Origin: Mobula hypostoma
Taxonomy: Eukaryota
Direction of reading: 5' to 3'
Assembly (NCBI RefSeq): GCF_963921235.1
Contig: NC_086108.1
Coordinates: forward strand, 106,766,001-106,830,000
Length of the DNA stretch: 64,000 bases
The notes beneath the pieces were generated by a model. The model saw only the letters and a program-made list of their open reading frames with translations, did no database searches and was not told the origin of the DNA. The translations under genes and the position numbers were made by a program. Positions 33,880 to 46,809 of this stretch are shown one piece after another (within the stretch, counting starts at the first letter, position 1; every line of letters begins with the position of its first letter).

Positions 33880-36865
33880 GAAGGTAGAAGGTTAGGAAGC
33901 TTTTAAAAACCATCAAAACACAACTAAAAAAAAAATTAAAAGAGAAAAGATGAAATAAGAAGATAAGCTAGTCAATAATAAAAACGATTTTTCAGATATA
34001 CGGGCGGGGGGGTGATTGATAAGTTCGTGGCCTAAGGTAGAAGGAGTCAATTTTAGAAAACCTAGCATATTTATTTTTCCTACATCTGCACACTTAGTCC
34101 AGCGGTCGTGGAGCATACGGATCCCTTCTTTGTAGAGGTCGGTGTCTTGGACCTCCGGAGGTGGTCTGCAGGAGGGGTGATTGATAAGTTCGTGGCTTGA
34201 GGTAGAAGGAGATGAGTTATTAACTTCAAACTTTCTGCATAATCACTCAAAGAGTTGAACTGCACGTGCATGTAACGAGAGCTATACAACTCATCTCCTT
34301 CTACCTTAGTCCACGAACTTATCAATCACCCCTGATGTGGACCACCTGGAGGCCCAGGACGCTCTCGTTACATGCTCGTGCAGTTCAACTCTTTGAGTGA
34401 TAAAGCAGAAAGTTTGAAGTTAATAACTGATCTCCTTCTACCTTAGGCCACGAACTTATCAATCACCCCTGCTGTGGACCACTTCTACAAAGAAGGGATC
34501 CATATGCTCCACGACCGCTGGACTAAGCGTGCACATGTAGGAGGGGACTATGTCGAAAAATAAACGTGCTAGGTTTCCTAAAATTGACTCTTTCTACTTT
34601 AGGCCACTTATCAATCACCCCTCGTAGACTTACAAGTATACAAAGAAGGGATCCCTATGCTCCACGACCGCTGGACTATGTGTGTACATGTAGGAGGGGA
34701 CTATGCTGAAAAATAAATGTGCCAGGTTTTCTACAATTGACTCCTTCTACCCTTAGGCCAACGAACTTTTCAATCACCCCTCATATAAAGATTAAAAGAG
34801 AGATGGGACTGAATATCGGACCACCAGAAAAATGATGCTAGAGAGGCGGTAATGAGGGGAAAAGAAAGGATGAGGGAACTTTATTAGTATCTTGTCTCAA
34901 TCTTTACTGTGGAAAACATCAGTAGAATGCCAGAAATGCGAGTGTCCGGTGGCAGAAATGAGTGCTGTTTCAAAGGTTTCAAAAGTTTCCATCTCCCACA
35001 GCACACCGATCTCCTGCTTGGACACTGACCTCCAGTCCCCACCGTCTTCAGAGCCTCTGAAGGGGAATGAAGCTTTTAGACTGCGCCTTTGGTGTGCCGA
35101 ATAATGGAATAATGGCCAGTCATGAAACCCAGAGAGTGGGTCCCATTCCCACAAAGAACTGTAGTCAACATGTAACTCCAGGTCAGGGTCTTCAAAAGAA
35201 CACTGAAAGGGGAAAATAGAGAAATCAAAGATGGAAATGGAGCTGTTTCCGAAGGTGCAAGCAAAGGAGTGGCCCTTAGGCGCCACTATCTCCTCCTCCT
35301 ATTACAAAGCAGAAGGTGGTTGGGAAGCTGAAAAGGCTAAAGGTAGACAAACACCCAGGGTTCTGAAAGAGGTAGCAGAAGCGATTGTGGAGGCATTAGT
35401 AACGATCTTGCAAGAATCACTAGATTCTGAAATGATTCTGGATGAGTGACTGGAAAATTGCAAATGGCACTCCACACTTTAAGAAGGGAGGGAGGCAGAA
35501 GAAAGAATATGACAGATCAGATAGCCTGACTTCAGAGGCTGGAAAAATTTTGGAGTCTATTAATAAGGATGAAATTTCGGGGTACTTGGAGGCACATGAT
35601 AAAACAGGACAAAGTCAGCATGGTTTCCTTAGGGGAGAATCTTGCCTCACAAATCTGTTCGCATTCTTTGAGGAAATAACAGGCAGGATAGACCAAGGAG
35701 AGTCAGTGGGTGTTACTTATTTGGATTTTCAGAGGGTCTTTGATGAAATCCCGCAAATCAGGCTGCTTAACAAAATAAGAGTCCATGGTGTTATGGGAAA
35801 AGTATTAGAACGGATAGAAGATTGGCTGATTGGCAGGAAGCAAAGAGCGGGAATGATGGGAGCCTTTTCTAGTTCACTAGTGGTGTGCCACAGTGTTGGG
35901 ACAGCTTCTTTTCACATTGTATGTCAGTGATTTGAATAATGGAATTGATGGCTTTGTGGCCAAGTTTGCAGATGATGCAAAGACAGGTGGAAAGGCAGGT
36001 AGCGTTGAGTAAGCAGGGTGTTTGCAGAAAGACTTAGAGAGGTGGGGGAATGGGGAATGAAGTAGCAGATGGAATATAATGTAGGGAAGTGTATGGATAT
36101 GCCTTTGGCAGAAGGGATGAAGGTGTGGACTATTTTGTAGAAGGGGAGAAAATTCAAAAATCAGATGTACAGAAGGACTTGGGAGTCTTCGTGCAAGATT
36201 CCATAAAGGTTAACTTGCAGGTTGAGTCGGTGGTAAGGAAGGCAAATGCAATGTTAACATTAATTTTGAGAGGATTAGAATACAAAAGCAAGAATATAAT
36301 GGCGAAGCTTTAAAAGGCATCGATCAGACTGCACTTGGAGTATTGTAAGTAGTTTCGGGCCCCTTATCTACGAAAACACGTGCTGGCATTGGAGAGGCGC
36401 TAGAGGAGATTCCCGAGAATGGAGATTCCCAGGAATGGGAACAGTTGATAGCTCTGGGCCTACACTCACTGGAGTTGAAGAATGAAAGGGGATCTCATTG
36501 GAACCTATCGAATATTGAAAGGTCTAGATAGAGTGGAAGGAGAAAGGATGTTTCCTTCAGTGGGGGAGACTAAGACCAGAGGGCACAGCCTCAGAATTGA
36601 GGGATGCTCCTTTAGAACAGAGATGAAGAAACATTTCTTTAACCAGAGGGTGGTGAATCTGTGGAATTCATTGCCGCAGATGGCTGTGCAGGCCAAATCA
36701 TTGGGCATATTTAAAGCACAGTTTGTTAGGTTGTTGATTACTCAGAGGTTATGGGGAGAAGGCAGGAGAATGCGGTTGAGAGGGATAATAAATTAGCCAT
36801 GATGGAATGTCAGAGCACACTCATGGGCCAAATGGCGAAATTCTGTTCCGAGGTCTTACGGTCTT
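33880..36865 (+). mobile_element. Decayed CR1 ORF2, interrupted by a MITE and by an insertion at ~34970-35297
   Basis: DWKIAN, SQHGF, YLDFQRVFD, KFADD, FFNQRVVNLWNSLP motifs. Confidence 0.85.
34001..34783. mobile_element. Mariner-derived multi-palindromic MITE plus a duplicated right arm
   Basis: TIR GGGGTGATTGATAAGTTCGTGGCCTAAGGTAGAAGGA; TA at 33999-34000 and 34625-34626; arms encode a mariner C-terminus (EGIHMLHDRWTK..VGGDYVEK*); extra right arm 34640-34783. Confidence 0.88.
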
Positions 36866-36930
36866 CATGAACCTTATCCTTGTGCGGTTTCATCTTCTTG
36901 ATTTTCTAATTAATTTTCAATATGCAATTT

Positions 36931-37560
36931 TTTCTTTTCTTTTTCAATCTTTTTATTAATTTCAAAGTATAGAAACAAAACATAGCAATAATACAAATAG
37001 TAGGGGAAATATTGTTACACTTAGGAAAAGTAATTGTAAAATCAAATAGTGTAAGTTATCAAAGCTCCCAATCATGTAGAACTGACAACGAATAATAAAA
37101 ATTAAAAAAAACCTGAAAAAAAATCATGAAAAAGAAAACCAAAAAAAAACCCCATCCCCAAAGAAAAACAGAATTAATCAACTAAACTAAAAGACTTGGG
37201 CAAAACTAACAACTTAAAAATGGAAAAGAAGAAAACCTCAGCGTCGACAACTCCATTCCCCTCCAACAACAGTACAGAGAGATAAAACAAGTTTGGAAAT
37301 GATCAAATTACATCAAATGAAAATGCTGAATGAATGGCCTCCAAGTTTTTTCAAACTTAATGGAGGGGTCATAAACTAATTACTGCTATCTTTGAACTAC
37401 CGATGATAGACTTAAATAATTTAACCTCTTCATCACGAAGGATAATTGCATTTCTTACTTTAATGGCTAGAAGGTCCATTTTGTTGAATTGGAAAGAGAT
37501 TAACCCTCCTAAGGTATTTCATTGGTTTTCACAAACTATGTTGTGTTTGAATTTGGAGAA
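36931..37560 (-). mobile_element. L1-clade LINE 3' fragment with 5' inversion (twin priming), 12-bp TSD
   Basis: TSD AATATGCAATTT at 36919-36930 and 37561-37572; minus segment YDPSIKFEKTWRPFIQHFHLM* plus 3' UTR and A-rich tail; plus segment IAFLTLMARRSILLNWKE...LNLEK. Confidence 0.85.
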
Positions 37561-38459
37561 AATATGCAATTTCTTTACTGTATTTAATTTTTATTTGGAT
37601 CAAAGGCATAATCATTAATCATTCTTGCAGCCCAAGACACTTCAGGGAGTTCCTGCTCACCCACTTTCTATCTTGTCTTCCATTGTGCTGGAGTGGAGGA
37701 CCCAAAGTGAACCTTATCCACTGCAATACAGGGACTGTTTGTCACCATTCAGCTTATAACATTGACAATAATTGCTGAAAATGAATTAGAATTGCCAGTC
37801 AAAAATAGTATGATTAATAATGAGGCAGCCTCATACCTCCAATAACGGAGACAAGACATGAGTACTGAGTTATTTCTCAATTCGAAAGACAGGTAACTGA
37901 AGGCAGTCAGAGTGGATTTATAAAAGGCTGGATGTGTCGGGCAAATTTAATAGAGGAAATAATGGTGGAATGAATTGATTGATTTCATGTGATGTTTGAT
38001 GAGCTGTTGCATAAAGAGCTTACTGATAAAATTAGGTGTGTTCCATTCACTGACAGCATAGATAGGAAGTTAGTTAAATAAAAATCTCAAGCTTAAATTG
38101 GAAAAGAACAAAAAGTGATGGTCCCAAGGGTTCGGAGTTGGGCCGGTTAGTCTAATCTTTATTGACTAGGGTGAAGAATTGACATCAAGATAATAATAAA
38201 GCAGAAGTGAACAAACCTTGGTGTCCACAGTAGATAGAACATTAGAACATTACAAAGTTCTTGACAAGAACAGGCCATTCAGCCCAACAAAGCTTGACAA
38301 TGTGTTGGAATAACTATCGAGGTTAGATCGAGTCACAACGAAACTGGTGTTGAAACCATGGGAAACTAAGTTGTGAAGAGTCTACCTGTCCCATCATTAA
38401 GGACCCCGATCACCCAGGTCATATCTTGTTCTCATTGCTGGTAGGAGGTACAGAAGCCT

Positions 38460-39195
38460 GAATCAGATTCAGAATCAGAATTAGAATTAAGTTTAATATC
38501 ACCAGTATAGGTAGAGAAATTTGTTAACTTTGTGGCAGCAGTACAATGCATTACATGATAATATAGAAAAAAATTGAATTATAGTAAGTATATATATATA
38601 TATACTATACACACACAATTATTAAGTAGTTAAATTAAAGTAAGCAGTGCAAAAACAGAAATTTTTTAAAAAGTAGTGAGGTAGTGTTCATGGGTTCAAT
38701 ATCCATTAAGAAATCAGATAGCAGAAGGAAAGAAGTTGTTACTGAACTGCTGAGTGTGTGCCTTTAGGCTTCTGTACCTCCTTCCTGATGGTAACAATAA
38801 GAAGATGGTATGTCCTGGGTGCTGGGGGTCCTTAATACTGGATAGCGCCTTCTGAGGCCTTGAAGATGTCTTGGATACTATGGAGGCTAGTACCAATGAT
38901 AGAGCTGACTTATTTTACAACTTTCTGCAGCTCACTTTGATCCTGTTCTGCAGACCACCCCCCCCCACCCCAACCAGACACATATTCAATGTTTTAGGAA
39001 CAGATTCTGCCATCAGATTTCTGAATGGACCCATGGATACCATCTTACTATTTTATTCTCTTTTCCACTACTTACTGAATTTATTATTTTTTTATTATTT
39101 ATTTTATAATTATTATTATGCATTGCAATGTATTGCTGAAGCAAAACAACAAATTTCATGACTTTTGCCATTGATATTAAATCTGATTCTGATTC
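38460..39195. mobile_element. Rex1/Babar-like 3' ends head-to-head with outward-facing (TCTGAT)n tails
   Basis: Minus-strand fragment 38460-38960 (LLPSGRRYRSLK) and plus-strand 3' UTR 38975-39195. Confidence 0.65.
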
Positions 39196-40263
39196 TTACA
39201 CTAAGTCTGACTGACTTCAACGTGGAACTCTAATCTTTCCAGACCCTGATATTCATTATTAATTGATCTTACAAAATTCAATTACTCTATATATCTGCAC
39301 ATTATATACCATTTACCATCTTATTGGGCACTTTTTAAACGTGCATCCTCCTCAAAGTACCTGTTCATTTCCTTCCAATTGGATGAATTTTGCAGCCAAG
39401 GCTGTTGGTATGTGAAAGTCAAAACACTACAGTTTATGGAAATCTGAAGTTAAAATAGAGAACTGCTAGAAATAATAAAAAGGTCAGCCAGCATCTGTGG
39501 AGAGAGAAACTTGTCCATGGTAACAACAATCTGGAGGGGAGGTGAGTCCAGATATTTCAGTTGCTCTGTCTATCTCTGTCTGGTCTGCATAAAACAAAAG
39601 AACGGTAGTTTTCACTTTTTAATCACCTCAGAATGTCTTAAAGTACGTAACAGTTGCAAAGTACTGCATATAAATAGTATAGCTAATTTGAGACCAGTGT
39701 CATTATCAGTTTGTTGATCTTGATATATCAGACATTTGGCCCATCAACTCTGTGCCGGCTCTCACAAGATTCCCTTCATTCTATTCTCACTTGTTACCTA
39801 CAACCTATGACACCCATGCCCAACAAATCTCCCCTTCACACGCCTTTACATGTATGTTCCCCCACTACTCACCGACGAGGAGGAACATACAATCCAGGGG
39901 ATTTTACAGAGAAATCGCTGGTGGTGAAATAATTTTCAAAGTTCAAAGTAAATTTATTACCAGTACTGTATATGTCACCAAACATGACCATGAGATTCAT
40001 TTTCTTGCAGACATTCACAGTAGAACAAAGAAATACAATAGAATCAATGAAAAACTACAAAGATGACAACCAATGTGCAAAAGAAGACAAACTGTGCAAA
40101 TACAGAGAAAATTATAATAAATAAATACTCAATAAGACATGACTTGTACAGTCAATGAAAGTACGTCTGTAAGTAGTGGGAACAATGTTTGTGCATGGTT
40201 TCCTGGCTGCTTCTAACAGAAAACCATGTGCTTTACACTTTCCCCAAGCAGTAAGGCTGATCA

Positions 40264-40578
40264 CGTGTTGGCGTGTGGCCAAGTGGTTAAGGCATTCGTC
40301 TAGTGATTTGAAGGTCACTAGTTCGAGCCTTGGCTGAGGCAGCGTGTTGTGTCCTTGAGCAAGGCACTTAACCACACATTGCTCTGCGACGACACCGGTG
40401 CCAAGCTGTATGGGTCCTAATGCCCTTCCCTTGGACAACATTGGTGTCGTGGAGAGGGGAGACTTGCAGCATGGGCAACTGCTGGTCTTCCATACAACCT
40501 TGCCCAGGCCTGTGCCCTGGAAACCTTCCAAGGCGCAAATCCATGGTCTCATGAGACTAATGGATGCCTGTATATAAA
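40264..40578 (+). mobile_element. Complete tRNA-derived SINE (CORE-like middle) with 11-bp TSD
   Basis: A box TGGCCAAGTGG, B box GTTCGAGCC, gtgtccttgagcaaggcacttaacc core; TSD AAGGCTGATCA at 40253-40263 and 40579-40589. Confidence 0.88.
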
Positions 40579-40714
40579 AAGGCTGATCAACACCTCCACC
40601 AACTAACACACTCCAAAACACCCTCACTTTATCGTTTCCTTCAGAGTCACCTTATGTACAGACACTCCTGTGCCTAGTGTCACCTTATGGACATACAATC
40701 AAGTGAGAGAGAGA

Positions 40715-41342
40715 GATTCAAAAAACTTTATTGTCATTCTAACCATACATCAGCTCTGCAGGGCAGGAAGAGACAGCGTTTCTCAGTGCAATCATAACAT
40801 AACAAATGCAACACTAAATAATAAACATAACAATAAATAGTAAAACACAACAGCCACATGTCAGTTAAAATCAGTTGTAAGTGTCCAGTGCAAGTTAAAA
40901 GTGTCAAAGCAGTCAGGTGGAGCAGCTATTTAGCAGTCTGACTGCCTGTGGGAGGAAGCTGTTTAGTAGCCTAGTCGTTTTAGTTTTGGTGCTCCTGTAA
41001 CGTTTGCCTGATGGCAGAAGAACAAACAGTTCATGGAGAGGGTGTGAGGGATCTTTAATGATGTACCGTGTCTTCTGGAGGCATCGACTCTGAAAAAGGT
41101 CTTGGACAGAAGGTAGGGAGACCCCAATAACCTCCTCTGCTCCCCTAACCACCCTCTGCAAGGCTTTTTTGTCGACAGCACTGCAGCTGGAGTACCAGGT
41201 TGTGATGCAAAAGGTCAGCACACTCTCAACCACGCCTCTGTAGAATATAGTTAAGATGTTAGTGGGGAGTGATGCTTGTTTAAGCTTCCTCAGAAAGTGC
41301 AATCTCTGCTGGGCCCGTTTCACAATCCCAGTAGTGTTCCTA
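40715..41342 (-). mobile_element. 5'-truncated Rex1/Babar-type LINE
   Basis: ORF 40913..41323 (AQQRLHFLRKL, FYRGVVESVLTFCITTWY, DPSHPLHELFVLLPSGKRYRS). Confidence 0.85.
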
Positions 41343-42019
41343 TCAATCTATAAATACAAGTTATCTTCTGTATTTAGTTATGGAATCAGTTCAGTGTTGA
41401 AGTGAGTGAATGAAGTTATCCATGCTAGTTCAGGAGCCTGATGGTTGTAGGGTTATAACTGTTCCTGAATCTGGTAGTGTGTGATCTAAGGCTTCTGTAC
41501 CTCCTTCCTGATTGTAGCAGTGAGATGACATGGGCTGGATGATGGGGTCCTTCATGATGGATGCGGCTTTCTTGTAGCAGTGCTCCTTGCAAATGTGCTC
41601 AGTGGTGGGGAGGGCTTTTCCTGTGTCGAACTGGGCTGTATCCAGCTGTCTGTAAGATCCCTCTACATTTTACTGTAAGATCAAACAGAGGAGAGAAGAA
41701 ATCAGAAAATCTCAGAGGAAAGCACTGATATGGCAGTGACTTTCTATTATTACTGATTTTATCACGAAGTGACTGTGCACAACACTGTTATTAAGACCTG
41801 TGTAGTTATTCAAACAGTTTATGAGCTGATAGAATCTACTATATAACAAAATTAAATTGTGAGGCTATGAATTAATAAAGAGTTTATACCCAGCAGATTT
41901 GTGATTACATATCATAAAGGATGCAATCACTATAAATAATCACCTTTTCGGGTAGATTTAAACAAAGCAAGATGTGTTAAAGTTAAATTGAGCTTGGAAA
42001 CACAAGTTAAAACTTTGCA

Positions 42020-42950
42020 TACACCAGCAGCTCTACTCCATTGGGAGTTTGAGGAGATTTGGTACATCGGCAGAGACTCTTGTGTTGAATGGAGAGCGCG
42101 CTGACTGGTCGCATCACAGTCTGGGCTGGCGGCTCCAATGCACAGGATCAAAAGAAGCTGCAGAGTGTTGCAGACTCAGCCGGTTTCATCACAGGCAGAG
42201 CATCCCCGGCATGGAGGACATCATAAAAAGGCCGTGTGTCAAGAAGCTGGCATTTGGCTCTCAGAACCTTCACCAACTAAGGCATGTCCTCTTCTCATTA
42301 CTGTCCTTGGGGACGAGGCACAAAAGCCTGAAGGTGTACAGTCAATGATCTAGGAATAGCTGCTTCATCTCCGCTATCAGATTTCTAAATAGGCCATGAA
42401 CTCAAGAACATGTTATTCCTTCTCTTTTGCAATATCTATTGATTTTTGCATCGAGAGTAATTTTATATCTTTTACACTGTACCGCTGCTGGAAACCAATA
42501 AATTTCACGATATGCAGTATAAGTCAGGGATAATAAATCTGATGTAACATATATAAAATGCTGGAGGAACTCTGCAGACTGTGCAGCATCTATGGAGAGG
42601 AATAAACAGCTGATGCCCAGATCCTCTGTCAGGATTTCCAGCATCTGCAGAATAAATCTGATTCTGAGTCAGTCATTGAGTGTGTGTCTGCAGGCTCCTG
42701 TACCTCCCCCTGATGGTAGTAGTGAGAAGAGGTGCATGTCCTGGATAGTGGGGGTCCTTAGTGATGAATGCCACCTTCTTGAAACACTGCTTCTTGAAGA
42801 TGTCCTCAATGGTGAGGAGGATTGTGCCCATGATGGATCTGACTGAGACTGCACCCTTCTGCAGCTTCTTACGACACTGTACATTACAGCCTCCATAGCA
42901 GGGTGTGCTGCAACCAGTAAGAATGCTCTCTACTGTACATCGACAGAAAT
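42020..42950. mobile_element. Two old Rex1/Babar-like 3' fragments (+ then -) with an intervening PLE terminus remnant (42555-42655)
   Basis: Decayed C-terminal motifs in both orientations. Confidence 0.6.
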
Positions 42951-43624
42951 TTATTTTATTTGTAATATTGAATTGGTAACAAATCTTTGCATTCATCACT
43001 GGGGAAAATTCTTTGCCCTCACTGCCAGCATGATGTATTTTTGACAATGGAAGCAAGAAGGGGAGACCAGAAATATCCCCCCTCCCAGAAAAAAGTTATA
43101 ATCATAACTATACACAACAGATTCTGCAGATACTGGAAATCTTGATCTACGTACACAACATACTGAAGCAATTCAGCAGGACAGGCACCATCTATGAAGA
43201 GGAATTAGCAGTCAACGTTTTGGGATAAGACCCATCATGGGGATAAAGTTCACAACATATGGAATGATGAGACATAGAAGCAGAATTAGGCCATTGGTCC
43301 TATCAAGATATTCAGTGATAATAAATGATAGGTATCTTGTGAATCCCGAATCAATTGCAGGTCATAATCGTCATACTTTAATTCAAGTGGCAGCTGACAA
43401 AATGATGAAATAATGAGATAATTATTTTATAGGATAAAATACTTGATAATGCCACATACAGTTTTCAGTATGTCAGTGATAATAAACCTGACTCCGATTC
43501 AAAATAATTTAGTTTGAGTGAAGGTAACAAAGAGAGGAGAGATTGAGGTGTGAGAACTATTGAAAGTGACGGATGTGAGAGCTACAGCCAACATAAATCT
43601 ATGAATCACTTCTACAAACAGCAA

Positions 43625-44215
43625 CATTTCTAGCTGACCAACCATTTTAATTCCTATCCACAATCCTGTTCTGACGTGGCCACTTCTGCCATGATGAGGC
43701 CACTCTCAAGTCGGAGGAGCAAAACCTCATTGTCCATCCAGGTAGCCTCCAACCTGATGCCACAAACACTGATTTCCCCTGCTGATATCTTTCCCTTTCC
43801 CCCTTCCCTCTTCTTTATTCCCTACCCTGGCCTCTTACCTCTTCTCCTCACCTGCCTATTACCTCCCACTGGTGGCCATCCTTCCCTTAGTACCATGGTC
43901 CACTCTCCTCTCCTATAAGATTCATTCTTCTCTAGTCCTTTACTTTTTTCTAATTATCTCCTCCCAGCTTCTTACTTCATCTCCCCTCACCCTCCCACCT
44001 GGCTTCACCTGAAACCTTCTGGCATCCTCCTTTCCCTCCCCCCTCCTTCTTACTCTGGCATCTTTCTCCTTCCTTTCCCGTCCTGAAGAAGGGTCTCAGC
44101 CTGAAGCTTCGACTGTTTCCATTTCCATCAATGCTTCCCGACCTGCTGAGTTCCTCCTGCCTTTTGTGTTTCTTGATCTGTATTTCTATCATCTGCAGAA
44201 TCTCTTACGTTTATG
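43625..44215 (+). mobile_element. Penelope-like element 3' fragment (GIY-YIG C-terminus + pLTR with degenerate hammerhead ~44079-44115)
   Basis: NHFNSYP..CHDEATLKSEEQNLI..GSLQPD remnant, pyrimidine tract, gtcctgaagaagggtctcagcctgaagcttcgactg. Confidence 0.8.
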
Positions 44216-44229
44216 CTATGCTTTACTTG

Positions 44230-44811
44230 TGTAACACCCTGTGGATGGTTTCACTGCTAACGTAATGGTCTTTCTGTAGAAGCAGTGTTTGGGTTATGGT
44301 TAAAGATAATGGGTGCTTTGGAATATGAGCCATCCAATGAGGGGGGGGTGTTTTCCGTATTGTGTACCTAACACTGGTGTGAGCTGGGTTTTTTGGTTCA
44401 GCGGGAGATGAAGGGAGTAGGTGCTGGAGAGAAGGGGTCGTAGGACTTGACCTGGAGTAGGGCCATGATCCAACGAAGCTCAGGGAGATCGAAGGAGGGT
44501 TGGTGAAGGGGAAACCGTGAGCTCCAACTTGTGCACGTTAGACTGTTCCATTAAAATGGGCCCTTTTCTTTTTTATTGCTTTATCTTTACTAACCCTTCA
44601 GTCAAATTAAGAACTATAAAGCTAAATCTTTTACTGCATGCTCTCATACTCTCTGTTATTTCATGGTGCTTATTTGTAACAGGGTAACAAATCACACAGC
44701 AGCCACACAAACAGGGGGATTCGAGGGGCTCACACTTCAATCTCTCACGTTTGGTGGGGCCAGAGATTGTCTCCCCTAGACTTACGTAGCTGACAGAACT
44801 AGAGTGTTTCA
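44230..44811 (+). mobile_element. Solo LTR (582 bp, Gypsy-like 4-bp TSD)
   Basis: TGTAACAC...GTGTTTCA termini; TSD CTTG at 44226-44229 and 44812-44815; orientation inferred. Confidence 0.82.
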
Positions 44812-45204
44812 CTTGCTTAATTATGCATCTACTGAGCTTCCCCTACTCAGGGTCCTGGGAGGGGATTATTATTGGCTCTTAGAGAGAGTGCAGAGATTCA
44901 CCAGGATGTTGTCTGGATTAGAGAGCATGATTTATGAGGATATGTTGAGCGAGCTAGGGCTTTTCTCTTTGGAGAGAAGGCGACTTGATAGAGATGTACA
45001 AGATAATAAGAGGAGTAGATCGAGTGGATAAACAGAGACTTTTTCCCAGGGCAGAAATAACTAATACAAGAGGACATAATTTTAAGGTGATTGGAGAAAC
45101 ATTGAGGGGAGACATCAGAGGTGGATTGAGTTCAAGAGCCACAAGGTAATGTTTCAGCTCTATGATACACCGCTTAGACCACACTTGGGAGTACTGTGTT
45201 TAAT

Positions 45205-45500
45205 TTAAAGGCATCCGTTAGTCTTGTGAGACCATGGATCTGCGCCTGGAAAGTCTTCACTCTCCAGGGTGCAGGCCTGGGCAAGGTTGTATGGAAGACC
45301 AGCAGTTGCCCATGCTGCAACTTTCCCCACTCCACAACACCGATGTTGTCCAAGGGAAGGGCAAGGGCCGATACAGCTTGGCACCAGTGTCGTCGCAGAG
45401 CAATGTGTGATTAAGTGCCTTGCTCAACAAGCTGCCTCGGTTGGTGCTCGAACTCACGTCCTTCAGGTCGCTAGTCGAATGCCTTAACCACTTGGCCACG
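45205..45500 (-). mobile_element. Second copy of the 40264 SINE family
   Basis: Reverse-complement similarity over the whole length, including the A/B box head. Confidence 0.85.
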
Positions 45501-45899
45501 TGTTTAGAAGGCACAAAATAAGAAGATTGAATGAGCTAATACGAGAGAGCAAAATTTTAAGGTAATTGGAGGAACATATTGGGGGGGATGTCAAACATAG
45601 TTTTCGACACAGAGTGCTGGGTATGAGGAACGCTCTGCAGGGGGTGGTGATAGAGGCAGATATGTTAGAAAAGCTTAGATAGGCACATGGATGAAAGAGA
45701 AATGGAGGGCTATGTAGGAGGGAAGGGTTAGATCGACATAACATTATGGGCTGAAGGGGCTGTACTTTTCTCTGTAGTCATACAGAATGAGACAGAGATA
45801 CAGTTCGGTGCATAAACTTGTGCATGGGCATACATGTACACCACCTTGCCCATTCATAGTTCACGAAAACAGGCATGTACTCAAAGAACTCCACCCCCA

Positions 45900-46395
45900 T
45901 ACACCGACAGAAAAGATGTCAATAAGATTGAAATTGTGCAGATAAAATTTACAAGGCCAGTGCCAAGAGTTGAAGGCCTGAGTTATGGTGAAAGGTTGGG
46001 ACTTTATTCCTTGGAGCGTAGAAGTATGAAGGGAAATTTGATAGAGGTTTACAAAATGGTAAGGTGTATAGACAGGATAAGCACAAGCAGGCTTTTTCCA
46101 CTGACGTGGTGAGACTAGAACTAGAGGTCATGGATTAAAGGTGAAAGGTGAAATGATTAAGGGGAACATGAGGATCCTCACTCTGAGGGTAGTGAGAGTG
46201 TGGAACGAGCTTCCAGCAGAAGTGGTGGATTCAGGTTCAATTTCAAAATTTAAGAGAATTTTGGATAGGTACATGCATGAGGGAGTTCTAGAGGGCTACG
46301 GTCCAGGTGCAGGTTAATGAGACTAGGCAGATTCATGGTTTGGTATGGCCCAGATGGGCCAAAGGGTCTGTTTCTGTGCTGCAGTGTTCTATGCC
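45900..46395 (+). mobile_element. CR1 3' fragment
   Basis: RKDVNKIE..GLYSLERR..LIEVYKM motifs and 3' UTR. Confidence 0.8.
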
Positions 46396-46809
46396 TCTCT
46401 ACTTTCTAGGACGATTCTTCTGCAACAAGAGCACAGGGGGAAGCCTGCCAACTTGAAATTTGAGACCATGGGGATGAACAAGAAACGACAGTCTGTTAAA
46501 GATTCAGAATTTTCCAAAACATTGGCCTATTTTCTCTCTGTAACTCGTGTCCAAGCTGCTCAAAGTCATTAGACCCTCCTTTCTCAGCATATGTTTTCTC
46601 TATGTGTTTGGGGATTTGAAGTAGAGCCTCAAATTTATTACCTTGTACAAATGGAAATTTCTCACTGTGTGTTTCTTTTAAAAGGAAAACAATGCCTTGG
46701 GGGAAAGGAAGCCATTTGCAAGTGTTTCTGCGTATTACATTGAAAATTTCCAGATGGAACAGCAACGACTCACTTGCCTATCAGTTTTTTTTTGGTTTAC
46801 AGTTGTTTA

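Noticed and set aside
33357..33887. 176-aa ORF
   Set aside because: A chimeric read-through of V-SINE, antisense CR1 and other decayed repeat pieces, with no coherent domain
40264..40350. tRNA gene
   Set aside because: The A/B boxes are the head of a TSD-flanked SINE with a second copy at 45205-45500; no proper acceptor stem or poly-T terminator
46410..46572. Possible exon after ctactttctag
   Set aside because: The acceptor-like tract is part of a CR1 3' tail; no donor or homology support
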